From Candidatus Crickella equi (GTDB lineage Bacteria; Bacillota; Clostridia; Peptostreptococcales; Anaerovoracaceae): DNA of 64,000 bases. This document shows positions 36,777 to 46,465 of the stretch, piece by piece (position 1 is the first letter of the stretch; every line of letters begins with the position of its first letter). The stretch is taken from contig JAGHUP010000009.1 in assembly GCA_018064755.1 (NCBI GenBank), forward strand, positions 5,701-69,700. Direction: 5' to 3'. Under the pieces are notes generated by a model. The model was not told the origin of the DNA. It saw only the letters and a program-made list of their open reading frames with translations, and searched no databases. A program made the translations under genes and the position numbers.

Positions 36777-37637
36777 TTAGCTAACAATGCCGAGATTATT
36801 AATCTGGCGCTCCAATTCCGAACCGGAGTCCATAATGTAAACTCTGGTTGTTTCCAAGCTGGAGTGGCCTAGGACGTCGGCGAGGCGCGCGATGTCTTTG
36901 CATTTCTGGTAGTAGGTGCGGGCAAAGACATGGCGCATGTTGTGCGGGAAGACTTTGGTGCGGGCAACGCCGGCACCGCGACTGACCTCCTGCATTTCTT
37001 GCCATATCTGTCTGCGTGTCATTGGTGTACCTCTATTGGTTCTGAACAGTTCTCCTTCATCAATATCATTATCCAAGGCATACTGACACAACTTACTACG
37101 TAGCCTGTCTGGTAAGAATATGGTTCTTATCTTATTCTTAAGATCCACCTGCACTTTGTCATTTAAGATACTCTCTGCAGTAATGTATTGCAGTTCCGAG
37201 ACTCTCATGCCTGTCGCTGCCATAGTTTCCATTATTAAAGCCAGCTTGTAATTACCTTGATTCAAAGCCTCTTCTACTAGACGTCTGTACTCGATCAGAC
37301 TGAGTTCTCTACTCCTATCTGTGAATATTCTTCTCTGTATCCTGAGATATCTAATGCTAGTGTGATAATTCTTATACTTGTAATAGGCATTAATGCTTGC
37401 TAACTTGACATTAACCGATGCTGGCTTAATACCAGAATGTTTCAGATATTCTTTATAATCTATAGCCACCCTCTTGGCTGACTCCGTAGTGGCGAAAGGC
37501 AACTTCATTCCGCGTTCTTCTATCCAATCTCTAAACTTCACAATGTCACTTGCATACTTATCAATGGTCGCCTTCGACTTCTCGTTCTCTTTTAAGTATT
37601 CAATAAACCCATTTACATCAATAACGTTTCTTCTCAT
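36777..37637 (-). CDS. tyrosine site-specific recombinase (XerC/D-like, phage integrase family)
   Basis: SAM-like N-domain. Catalytic pattern ATGMRVSEL (R), HNMRHVFA (HxxR), LGHSSLETTRVYI (H..Y). Confidence 0.85.
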   Translation of the reverse strand: MRRNVIDVNGFIEYLKENEKSKATIDKYASDIVKFRDWIEERGMKLPFATTESAKRVAIDYKEYLKHSGIKPASVNVKLASINAYYKYKNYHTSIRYLRIQRRIFTDRSRELSLIEYRRLVEEALNQGNYKLALIMETMAATGMRVSELQYITAESILNDKVQVDLKNKIRTIFLPDRLRSKLCQYALDNDIDEGELFRTNRGTPMTRRQIWQEMQEVSRGAGVARTKVFPHNMRHVFARTYYQKCKDIARLADVLGHSSLETTRVYIMDSGSELERQINNLGIVS

Positions 37638-37663
37638 AACAATGTCCTCCTTAATCTAAGCAA

Positions 37664-37690
37664 AATAAAATAGGGGTTATCCCCTATTTT
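37664..37690 (-). terminator. bidirectional terminator after the glutamate-synthase-like gene
   Basis: AAAATAGGGG-TTA-TCCCCTATTTT. Confidence 0.8.
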
Positions 37691-37716
37691 ATAAGTATTT
37701 TGCCTAATTAAACGAT

Positions 37717-39219
37717 TTATTGTTCAAGCAGTCTTCTTGCCTCGTCGTTCAGTGGAATTACATCCTCCTGTCCAATTACATCAACATTGAACTTTCTGTT
37801 GAGTGCTGCAAAGTGCTGTACTCCGTATGCCATCTTTCTGAGATATGAGTAGGCTCCTACTGCACCGAGCGGAAGTTCCTTGCCTGGGTACAGGGCCTGA
37901 AGTTCTCCTTTATATAAGAAGATTTCATCTGCGCTGTTACCATACTTAGCGAGGTGCGCCGGAACCTTTCCTTCAGCCAGCTGTTTGCCTACTGTATCGC
38001 TTACCATAGCTGCTGCCATAGTTGAACGACAGAGACCAATTGACTTGATATACGGTGCTCCGATTGCCAGAGCCTTGTAAGCCTGACCCTCATCAGTGAA
38101 TCCACCAGTTAGTGAGATATATGGGATATACTTGCCTTCAGCTTCGAGCTTCTTGCACATTGGAACCAGTGCGCTCTCAATCTGAACTGCAGAATAGCCA
38201 AACTCATTCATCATCTTGGATGGGCTATATCCTGAGCCACCACCTGCTCCATCATATGTAACCATATCTACTTCAGCAGCGGAAGCGATGCGAAGAACCT
38301 TCTCCATGTCCTGCTTGTCGAATCCAGCCATCTTGAAGTATACGTTCTTAAGTCCCATTGCTCTCAGTTCATTGATTCTTGCAATGAGCTTCTCTTCTGT
38401 CCACATTGGAAGTCTGCCATATTTCCAGAATACAGGACTGCAACCATTCTGTACGTTCTTAACAACCTCAGGATCTTCTGGGTCTGGATAAACGAGGATA
38501 CCGTTCTTCTTTTCTTTAAGAGCTTCCTCAATATTCTTCAGTCGGTTAGCTGGCTGAGTTCCCTTAGCACTCTGACCGAACTTAAACTCGATTGCCTTGC
38601 AGCCACATTCTTTAATTGCATACTCAGGCAGGCCCTGCATATCGTCATCTACATTGCACTGCAGAACAATCTGACCATACCCTCTGTCATATTTGTTGAA
38701 AGCATCAAGCATCTCCTTGAGCTTTTCGAACTTCTTAATCTTGCCGTTCTCCATTACCAAATCAGGGTCCTTACTAGGTGCACCCTCTCCGATAACACAA
38801 ACAGTTCCTATCATTGCTGCTGCAGCGAAATAGTCTTTCCAGTTCAGCTTGATAAGAGCTGGCAGGTTAAACGGCACATTTACCTTAACCTTATTCTTAG
38901 AGCCGAACTCTCTGCCTAACTTCACATTGAAGATAGTTGCTGCTTCAGAAGTCTCCTCGGCGCCAACCGCACCAAAACATCTTCCATTTATATTAAAAAT
39001 AGAATAATCAATTGGATGATTCTTCTCGCCGGCTACCTGATTGGTGCCAGTGTTGGTTGGATATACCATTGCCTCGCCAAGTATTGCTGACAATCCGATC
39101 TCGCATGTTCCCATACAACCTTCTGCGCACAATGAGCACATACCCGAACATGGTGTTACCTTGTCGCTACGCAGCTTGCTATCGTTGAAAGCTGATTCAC
39201 ATGATGGACTATAAGACAT
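37717..39219 (-). CDS. FMN-binding glutamate synthase family protein (GltB domain-2-like) with N-terminal Cys cluster
   Basis: CSGMCSLCAEGCMGTCEIG, then a TIM-barrel region with YDGAGGGSG and LTGGF motifs. Confidence 0.75.
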   Translation of the reverse strand: MSYSPSCESAFNDSKLRSDKVTPCSGMCSLCAEGCMGTCEIGLSAILGEAMVYPTNTGTNQVAGEKNHPIDYSIFNINGRCFGAVGAEETSEAATIFNVKLGREFGSKNKVKVNVPFNLPALIKLNWKDYFAAAAMIGTVCVIGEGAPSKDPDLVMENGKIKKFEKLKEMLDAFNKYDRGYGQIVLQCNVDDDMQGLPEYAIKECGCKAIEFKFGQSAKGTQPANRLKNIEEALKEKKNGILVYPDPEDPEVVKNVQNGCSPVFWKYGRLPMWTEEKLIARINELRAMGLKNVYFKMAGFDKQDMEKVLRIASAAEVDMVTYDGAGGGSGYSPSKMMNEFGYSAVQIESALVPMCKKLEAEGKYIPYISLTGGFTDEGQAYKALAIGAPYIKSIGLCRSTMAAAMVSDTVGKQLAEGKVPAHLAKYGNSADEIFLYKGELQALYPGKELPLGAVGAYSYLRKMAYGVQHFAALNRKFNVDVIGQEDVIPLNDEARRLLEQ

Positions 39220-39263
39220 ATTAATCCCCCTTCCTTAGTTTCCTATTATATACATATCAACAA

Positions 39264-40667
39264 TTAATATCCGACTGCTAATCCAAGAAGTAGAACTCCA
39301 CTTGTTAAGAGCAAATTCATTAACTGGAACTTAACTGAATACTTCGCCCATCTTCCGTAGCTGACATCAGATAATCCGAGAGTAATCAGCAACGCCGGAT
39401 TGGTTGGATAGAATACATTACTGAATCCATCGCCGAATGCATATGCCAGAATGCACAGCTGTGGTGAAATGCCGAATATCTGAGCAATTGGTACGATCAG
39501 CGGAATCAGCAGAAACGCCTTGGCTGAACCCGATGGGATGAAGAAGTTCATAATCAGGCAAATCAGATATATGAACAGTATTACCTCGAATTTTGGCATA
39601 TGTTCAGCAATTCCTACCGCTCCATGCAGCATAGTGTCAAGTATCTTGGACTCGACCAGTATGTATTTAATTGATGAGGCCATCAGTATCATCAAGATTG
39701 ATGGGGATATGGCAGCAATTCCCGATGCAAAGGATTTACCCATTGCTTTACCCTTCATTCCTGCCTGATTAACTGATACCAGTCCAGCTACCAGGAACAT
39801 AAGAGCAACGATTATCATCGTAAGATCCTGCAGGAACGGAATGAATGGCGAGCTAAGCACTAGTACAATGCCGGTTCCAAGCAGGATTGCAAAACTCTTG
39901 AGTGCTTTCTCCATGCGCTCGTCACGTACAAAATCAGCCCCAACATGCTCAACCGAGATTGGCTTCTCTATTCTCTTAGCGTGGGCTCTGATAAACAGCA
40001 CAAGTAAGACATATATTAGCACAAAAGAAAGCAGTCTCATCCAGATGCCACTGAACATTGGAAGGCCCGCGAGTCCCTGCGCAACGCCGACCGTAAACGG
40101 ATTAGCAACTCCTGCTGCGAATCCGCAGCCGACCGCCAACATTGACATAGCAACGCCTGTTACTTTGTCCCAGCCCAGAGCTACTGCGAGTGCAACAACT
40201 ATAGGTGCCATAGGTACTACTTCCTCGAAGGATCCAACAAGCGAACCCATTGCCATGAAGAAGAAACTCAGCACTGCCATCAGTCTGTATTTAACATTTC
40301 CAAATTTGTTAACGATCTTGTCCAGCATGTATTTCATCAAGCCACACTCATTAAGAGCATTGAACGCCCCACCAATAACTAGCAGAAATACAATTACTGC
40401 GATGATAGTACCTGAACCCTCTACTGTCAGTACAAGGATTGGTGATAAAATCCATTTCCACAATGGCATTCCGCCCTCTACGTATTTGAAACCACCTACC
40501 GTATCGATGATGCTATTACCGTTGCTATCTACGGTCCTCGCATACTCTCCACCAGGCAGGATGAAAGTCAGCACGTAGGTTGCAATCATCAGCCCCAGAA
40601 TTATCGCAATTGCGGCGATGAATGATTTTGCACTAATATTAAGTCCCTTTTTCTCTTCTGTATTCAT
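39264..40667 (-). CDS. YfcC/DcuC-superfamily membrane transporter
   Basis: 467-aa protein with 10 or more TM segments and a YfcC-like N-terminus (..LNISAKSFIAAIAII..). Confidence 0.65.
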   Translation of the reverse strand: MNTEEKKGLNISAKSFIAAIAIILGLMIATYVLTFILPGGEYARTVDSNGNSIIDTVGGFKYVEGGMPLWKWILSPILVLTVEGSGTIIAVIVFLLVIGGAFNALNECGLMKYMLDKIVNKFGNVKYRLMAVLSFFFMAMGSLVGSFEEVVPMAPIVVALAVALGWDKVTGVAMSMLAVGCGFAAGVANPFTVGVAQGLAGLPMFSGIWMRLLSFVLIYVLLVLFIRAHAKRIEKPISVEHVGADFVRDERMEKALKSFAILLGTGIVLVLSSPFIPFLQDLTMIIVALMFLVAGLVSVNQAGMKGKAMGKSFASGIAAISPSILMILMASSIKYILVESKILDTMLHGAVGIAEHMPKFEVILFIYLICLIMNFFIPSGSAKAFLLIPLIVPIAQIFGISPQLCILAYAFGDGFSNVFYPTNPALLITLGLSDVSYGRWAKYSVKFQLMNLLLTSGVLLLGLAVGY

Positions 40668-40677
40668 GGCTTCCTCT

Positions 40678-42006
40678 CTAACAGTTAGTCATCAAATATC
40701 TATAATAATCTACAGCCGGCACGAGAGTATCTACGTCAATATTCTCATTGATGCCGTGTATTGACTCCATCTGTTCCTCTGTAATTGTGAACGGATTGAA
40801 TCTAATGCATTGGTCGCAAACCCTATCGAAGAATCTGCTGTCCGAAGCTCCGGTCATAATATATGGAACGGTTGCATCGACATTCTTCAGACTCACCTTA
40901 ACGGCTTTCTCAACCAGCTCGAAAGCAGTTCCATTGTAGTCGGTGATTCCTGATTCAAAGCCAGGATCAAGGATTTCCATCTTTAAGTCGAATTTCTCCG
41001 CTGCCTGTCTCAGTACTTCGATCGAGGATTCTCCGCCCTGATGATGAGATGTTCTTACATTGGCTATTACAGAAGCCTCAGCCGGCAAAACATTTCTGGC
41101 ATCCGAACCCTCAGCCATCGTGAATGCAACCGTAGTCTGTATTAATGCGTTAGCTGTATCGCTTATTCTAGGCAACACCTTGGATAATGTTATCTTCAGC
41201 TTCTCCGGTTTCTTCAAGAGCTTGCCAACTTTGCCCATGTATGGAGAAATTCTTCTGAACATCTCGCAGATAGTCGGCGACAGCTCTACATCGAAGAGCT
41301 TGCTGTCATCGACGTAGGTCATGAATCTACCTAATCTAACAAGCGGAGTATTCTTGCCTGGCGTCGATGCGTGACCACCGTTACCTTGGGCCGTAAATCT
41401 AATCTCCGCACAGCCTTTCTCGCCAACGCCTACCATCGCGAATGTACCATCAGCGCCTCCGATAGGATCATACATAGCCATGCCGCCCTCATCAAATGAC
41501 ATCTCCAGTCTGATGTCATTATCCTGCATCCATCTTGATATGGCATCAGCGCCATCACCAGTGGTCTCTTCGTTACATCCCGATTCAAAATATATATCTC
41601 TGCAAGGAACGACACCCTCTGCGGCAAGCTCATCCGCCGCCTGCAGCATTCCCCACAGACCACTCTTGGTGTCGAGCGTACCACGACCCCACATTTTGCC
41701 ATCAACTATCTCAGCAGAGAATGGCTCATGAAGCCACTCTCCCTCAGCAGGAACAACGTCGTGGTGATTCATGAACATGATTGGTCTCTTTACTGAATTC
41801 TCTCCACGCCACAGCAATAGGAATGAACCATCGAAATCCATAAACTCGCAGGCATCGAAAATATGTGGGAATAGCTCCCTCAGTAAATCCTGGAACTCTC
41901 TGAACTTGCTAAGATCCTGCTGATTAAATTGCGAAACAGTTTCCTTCTGTATCATCTGAGACAGATTGGATATATACAGTTCCTGTCTCTTGCCGTCTTT
42001 ACTCAT
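40678..42006 (-). CDS. M20 family metallopeptidase
   Basis: MNHHDVVP, RGTLDTK, GCNEETTGDGA metal-ligand motifs. Confidence 0.8.
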   Translation of the reverse strand: MSKDGKRQELYISNLSQMIQKETVSQFNQQDLSKFREFQDLLRELFPHIFDACEFMDFDGSFLLLWRGENSVKRPIMFMNHHDVVPAEGEWLHEPFSAEIVDGKMWGRGTLDTKSGLWGMLQAADELAAEGVVPCRDIYFESGCNEETTGDGADAISRWMQDNDIRLEMSFDEGGMAMYDPIGGADGTFAMVGVGEKGCAEIRFTAQGNGGHASTPGKNTPLVRLGRFMTYVDDSKLFDVELSPTICEMFRRISPYMGKVGKLLKKPEKLKITLSKVLPRISDTANALIQTTVAFTMAEGSDARNVLPAEASVIANVRTSHHQGGESSIEVLRQAAEKFDLKMEILDPGFESGITDYNGTAFELVEKAVKVSLKNVDATVPYIMTGASDSRFFDRVCDQCIRFNPFTITEEQMESIHGINENIDVDTLVPAVDYYRYLMTNC

Positions 42007-42199
42007 AAATGATCTCTCCTATTTTCTTGACATCTTCATTCTCTCCATTTCGGAGTCTATATTAAGGAATAAAACTACAACAATAATAGCTACTCCAAAG
42101 AATGCCGGAACAATAGAACGGGATTGTCCTCATTCAAAGTCTTAATATGCACCTTCTGTGCAAAGTCACCAAGAAGAATCTTTTTCTTGAAATCCAGCA

Positions 42200-43462
42200 T
42201 CAGTATCTCCTCATAATACTATCCTTTATTGATATAGCATATCGATATCCTATATCTGCTAACTCCTCAGCCGATTCATTCAATGCATCGGTAAATCTTT
42301 CAGACATCATATCGAATCGTCCGAGCGCAGCTCTCTCTGAAATGCCTGCATCTACTGAAGCCCGCTTGAAGCATTCCCGGTCTATATTATCTATCAGCGT
42401 CTCGCCTCCGATATTAAACGCCATATTGCGTGAGGTGCTCTCGTATATAGTTGTACATACTAGGTCATATGCAGGTGCAAGCCTCACTGAATTCATATCC
42501 TTGTCATATAACAGCGAGAAATTCTTGATGTGACCATCAGTATTTCCAATAAGATAATTGAAAACGATAATGTCCCACAATTTTAGCTGATCTTCGATAG
42601 GATTTGAAGATTGTTTTCTCAGAAGTGTGAACATATCTTTCAGATACTCTTCTCCTTCACGCTCATACTTTCTGAAAGAATTTATACCCATTGCCTGAGC
42701 AAAATCCTCTTGATGCAGTCTCAATGGTGCTTGCATTCCGCTGATCTGCCGTGATTCCTTCGAGAATAGCCTGTCATATCTTTCGGTTGCAAGCAAAACA
42801 TCAGCATCACTATTACCACCAGTACTGAAAATAAAACTGCGCGGAATGTCTATCCCCAGCTTCTCTGCTGTTTTGAGCGCAAGCTGTTCGTTTACAACGA
42901 TTCCCGATAACCTTACGTGACTTTGCTTTACTATATGTGTACTTGGCGCGCTTCCCTTTGGGAGATACCAGGTCTCATTATCAGCATCGTAATACAGTCC
43001 CGTTTTACCTGATGCGCCGGTAAGAGACAAGTGCGATTTGGTTACCAGTTCTGCCGTAGCCGAAGCTCCCTCCGCAGCCAAAGCCTTCACTCTTGCAAGT
43101 TCCAGTCGTTCGTATGTCGGCTCTTCGTATGCAGGATCATCGGTAGCTGTGACTTTAATAGCTCCCAGGCACTCCTTTCCTAATGCAGACAAAATACCAA
43201 TATAATCATTTGCATCCACATGGATAGATCTTGCTACCTCGCCTCTTGTAAAACCTTCCGGTAGCAATCCTTCAAAATAGATTTGTGTTTGAGTCGGAGA
43301 GAACTTTCTTTCATCCGTCGGCAAACTTATTGATATAGGTTTGTTTCCTTCAGAAATATACTCATCAGAGTATTCAAACCGAGCATCTGCTGCAGTTGAT
43401 CCGGATATATAACCTGCAGTGATCATTATTCCGTTTTTTTCTATTTCAACTCTCAGTTTCAT
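42200..43462 (-). CDS. hipA: type II toxin-antitoxin system HipA family kinase toxin
   Basis: HipA N-terminal coupling domain (..ISISLP..FEGLLPEG), LIGNTDGHIKNFSLLYD catalytic loop, LAPAYDL. Confidence 0.85.
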   Translation of the reverse strand: MKLRVEIEKNGIMITAGYISGSTAADARFEYSDEYISEGNKPISISLPTDERKFSPTQTQIYFEGLLPEGFTRGEVARSIHVDANDYIGILSALGKECLGAIKVTATDDPAYEEPTYERLELARVKALAAEGASATAELVTKSHLSLTGASGKTGLYYDADNETWYLPKGSAPSTHIVKQSHVRLSGIVVNEQLALKTAEKLGIDIPRSFIFSTGGNSDADVLLATERYDRLFSKESRQISGMQAPLRLHQEDFAQAMGINSFRKYEREGEEYLKDMFTLLRKQSSNPIEDQLKLWDIIVFNYLIGNTDGHIKNFSLLYDKDMNSVRLAPAYDLVCTTIYESTSRNMAFNIGGETLIDNIDRECFKRASVDAGISERAALGRFDMMSERFTDALNESAEELADIGYRYAISIKDSIMRRY

Positions 43463-43463
43463 G

Positions 43464-43676
43464 CTATCCTCTCGATATCAGCTCTATATCCATTCCCAGA
43501 AGATTTGCCAGATATATGGACTTCCCAAGTTCTATTGTTTTCTTTCCGTTTTCAACATCAGAAATAAAGCTCACACTAAGACCGCTGAACTCCGAAAGAT
43601 ACGCCTGAGTGTATCCCAGTTCTCTTCTCCTTGCTCTGATAGCTTTTCCAAATTCTGTAGTTTCACTTATTTTCAT
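43464..43676 (-). CDS. hipB: HipB-like XRE-family antitoxin
   Basis: FGKAIRARRRELGYTQAYLSEFSGLSVSFISDVENGKK HTH. Stop lies 1 nt before the hipA ATG. Start placed at MKISETTEF (GAGGGA SD). Confidence 0.8.
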   Translation of the reverse strand: MKISETTEFGKAIRARRRELGYTQAYLSEFSGLSVSFISDVENGKKTIELGKSIYLANLLGMDIELISRG

Positions 43677-43693
43677 GATATCCCTCACGCAAA

Positions 43694-43753
43694 TTAGCCG
43701 TTCGGCTAAATATCGTTGCAATCATTATAAAATAGTTCGTACGGCGAAGTCAA
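43694..43753 (-). promoter_or_regulatory. hipBA promoter and candidate operator
   Basis: Reverse strand TTGACT (43753-43748)-18 nt-TATAAT (43729-43724). The palindrome TTAGCCG-AA-CGGCTAA (43694-43709) lies between the -10 and the SD. Confidence 0.6.
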
Positions 43754-43756
43754 TTC

Positions 43757-45622
43757 CTACAGCATATTCTCTGGCTTACTCTTTCTGCCCGTCCAGCCTT
43801 GCATTCTTGCCCATTCACGCATTTCTCTAGCTTCTTCAGGATCATCGCCGTGTATCGTCTCAAGGAAGTTAACGTAACCACCTACACCGCCTACATCGTC
43901 CATTACGCTCAATCCATCTGTTTCTATGCACAATGGTGTTCTGCACATCACGACCTCATTAAATGTATCGCACATATCCTCAGGGAGTCTGTTGCCATAA
44001 ACATCTCTGAATGTATATTCTTCTTCAAGTTCCATGATGTGCTCCATCATAGTATCGAAGTCACAATTATCATAATCGAAATCATCCTCTATTTCATCGA
44101 TGTAGTATCCATCAGTACATGTAATCTTTACAGCCCAGCCATCACCGTAATCGTAGTGATACATCAAAGTATCGGAAACCGGAACAATCGCTGGATTGAA
44201 TTCATTAATATAGTCATAGCAAGCATCTTCAAGCTCAACTATTCTTCCGAGCTGACTCATCAGTATCCTCTCGGGATTCCTGCCCATCTGCTCTCTTAAA
44301 TATCGCGGATCATAATAGTTCATCTTCTCCATGCTAGAATACGATTCACGAACTGTTCTCAGCTCATCAGCATCTACAGCAAGCTCATCAAAATAGCCTG
44401 ATTCGTAATCATCATCATAGACCTCATGATAAGAATTCAGTATGTCTAGCAGGTCACCTTTTACTCTTCTGATGTCTCTATACTCGCTCTGACCATTCTG
44501 CGCGTACAACAAATATCCTATCGGCAATCTTTCCAGAAGATGATCTGCTTCAGCGTGAATTTCCGGAATCTTCTCTAAATCTTCCATGGTGAGAGATGTC
44601 ATCCTAGCTCCATTAAAAATTTGCTTTCCTCTTTCGTCATCCTCAATCCATTCTCTAAATTCCTCCACCTTGCGGAGATTATCAGGATATGCATCGCCTA
44701 CGCTAAAAGTATCCCATTCGACATCTGCATACTTTCTCCGTAGCCAAGATTTAACGCTGAGACCATTGTCATAATCTTCATCCCAGTATTTATCACTGAA
44801 TTCGCCAGGTTCCGGGAATCTGAACAACACACCGCACAATTCAGTCCATTTGCTTACTTTATTTTCGACCAAAGCATCAAAGTCGTCCTCGCGCAACGTG
44901 AAGTCATGCAGATGACTGTTCTGCCATCCGAACAAGCGGTTGATCATATAATGCATCGCGTGAAGACTCATACCGCCTGGCACCAACACATCTCGAGTAA
45001 TACCTTCCTTGGCTTTGCCATATTTGTGCAGAACACGTTCGCTATCTTCATCCCACCACAGTGAAACTCCATCATCCCACTCAGTAACCAGTTCAAGATG
45101 CAACCTCATTACAGCAGGCCTCTCAAATCCGGGTTCCAGATCATCAAGATAATTCCACTCAGAAATCATCGAATCATAATCAAGGATGTTATCACTCTCG
45201 ACTTTCTCTTTCTTGTAATCGTCCAAAAATATTGTGTTGCTCATTTCTTTAACCCTCGCAATATCAGAATCATCAAATACACTATACGGCGCCTGTTGTT
45301 CCGCAGCCCTCTGGTTACGTTTTCTGTAATTATCACATCTTATAGCTTCCTGCGACTTCTCCTCGGCACCATAAGTTCCTCTTGTATAAGGTAGATATGA
45401 TTGAACATTCTTTTCAGACGTGTAAAGTTGCGCTGCAATCTCAGCTGTAGATAAGCCCTGTGAAAAAAGCTCTCCTATTGCATCACTAGTATCACTTCGC
45501 CACAGTCCTTCAGTAATTAAAACTCGACGGACTTTAATTGGATATGTATTACAACGCTTTGCAGTCTCCTTGACCGAATTGCATTTCAAGTATTCATCGA
45601 TTATATTCTGATATTCACTCAT
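43757..45622 (-). CDS. PRiA4_ORF3-domain (plasmid pRiA4b ORF-3 family) protein with N-terminal HTH region
   Basis: MRLHLELV..ITRDVLVPGGMSLHAMHYMINRLFGWQNSHLHDFTL and, far downstream, YHYDYGDGWAVKITC match the two conserved blocks of that family. The N-terminus has two HTH-like segments (..SVKETAKRCN.., LSTAEIAAQLYTSEKNVQSYL). Confidence 0.6.
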   Translation of the reverse strand: MSEYQNIIDEYLKCNSVKETAKRCNTYPIKVRRVLITEGLWRSDTSDAIGELFSQGLSTAEIAAQLYTSEKNVQSYLPYTRGTYGAEEKSQEAIRCDNYRKRNQRAAEQQAPYSVFDDSDIARVKEMSNTIFLDDYKKEKVESDNILDYDSMISEWNYLDDLEPGFERPAVMRLHLELVTEWDDGVSLWWDEDSERVLHKYGKAKEGITRDVLVPGGMSLHAMHYMINRLFGWQNSHLHDFTLREDDFDALVENKVSKWTELCGVLFRFPEPGEFSDKYWDEDYDNGLSVKSWLRRKYADVEWDTFSVGDAYPDNLRKVEEFREWIEDDERGKQIFNGARMTSLTMEDLEKIPEIHAEADHLLERLPIGYLLYAQNGQSEYRDIRRVKGDLLDILNSYHEVYDDDYESGYFDELAVDADELRTVRESYSSMEKMNYYDPRYLREQMGRNPERILMSQLGRIVELEDACYDYINEFNPAIVPVSDTLMYHYDYGDGWAVKITCTDGYYIDEIEDDFDYDNCDFDTMMEHIMELEEEYTFRDVYGNRLPEDMCDTFNEVVMCRTPLCIETDGLSVMDDVGGVGGYVNFLETIHGDDPEEAREMREWARMQGWTGRKSKPENML

Positions 45623-45893
45623 AATTAACCACCTTCAGCTGAACAATAATTGATGTAAGAATCATATAGTGAAGTTGATGTCGTGTCAACCTTACCTTTT
45701 GCGGTGTAAATAGGACGGTGCTGTTACACACCGTCTTGTCAGCCAATTCTGCTCTCATAGCGTCAAATGCTGCATAATAAGCTCTGTTAATTGCAAAATT
45801 ATAGAACTCATCCTCAAGCAGGCAATCTACAACTTCCAGATTTCTCTTAGCCTTTTACAGTCTATATTTCGTTAATTCTTCTATGCCTGCCAT
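45615..45893 (-). pseudogene. decayed HEPN toxin gene of an MNT/HEPN pair
   Basis: Reverse strand ATG at 45893 overlaps the MNT gene end. It reads MAGIEELTKYRL-TAA(45857-45855)-KAKRNLEVVDCLLEDEFYNFAINRAYYAAFDAMRAELADK, then unrelated sequence into the next gene's start. The YY.AF helix pattern is typical of small HEPN proteins, and no Rx4-6H motif remains. Confidence 0.65.
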
Positions 45894-46414
45894 AATACAA
45901 TTCCTTCTCTCTTGATATTTATATAGAATGGTACAATATCTTTCCACTCATTGAACTTATCACTATCTATATCTATTACGGATAACACCTTACCACATTC
46001 TAATTCTTTTTCAGCAACACAATCAATCATTTGATTGTATTGAGTTCTATTATATCCTGGTGTAAGCTTCAGTGCTATATCCACATCTGATTCATACGTC
46101 TGTTCTCCACGAGCATATGATCCGTATAAGATTACGCTTTCCAAACAACCGCCATAGATTTTTCTCAGTTCCCTAACCAATGACCGAACGGTCTTTGCTA
46201 AGTTCCTGCTAGAATTTAAAACAGAATAGTTTCTCCAGCCTTTATAATCTCCTGTTCGAATTCTCTTATCCTCAGGGAACACTTCACTTTCATCTATGGC
46301 CCACTGATTGCCGATTTTGGAGCCATTTAATCTACCGGACGCTAACAATTTTCTGATAGTTCCCGGATCTTTTCCCGTCATCATTGAATACTCTGTAACT
46401 GAAACTAATGACAT
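45881..46414 (-). CDS. minimal nucleotidyltransferase (MNT) with N-terminal HTH
   Basis: ILYGSYARGEQTYESDVDIAL NTase signature. The N-terminus VTEYSMMTGKDPGTIRKLLASGRL is an excisionase-like HTH. Confidence 0.8.
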   Translation of the reverse strand: MSLVSVTEYSMMTGKDPGTIRKLLASGRLNGSKIGNQWAIDESEVFPEDKRIRTGDYKGWRNYSVLNSSRNLAKTVRSLVRELRKIYGGCLESVILYGSYARGEQTYESDVDIALKLTPGYNRTQYNQMIDCVAEKELECGKVLSVIDIDSDKFNEWKDIVPFYINIKREGIVLWQA

Positions 46415-46436
46415 AGTGTTTCCCTCCTATTGCTTG

Positions 46437-46465
46437 AACATTATCACAATATCGTGAAGATGTCA
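46437..46465 (-). promoter_or_regulatory. promoter of the MNT gene
   Basis: Reverse strand TTGACA-17 nt-TAATGT with the near-palindrome CACGATATTGTG in the spacer. Confidence 0.55.
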
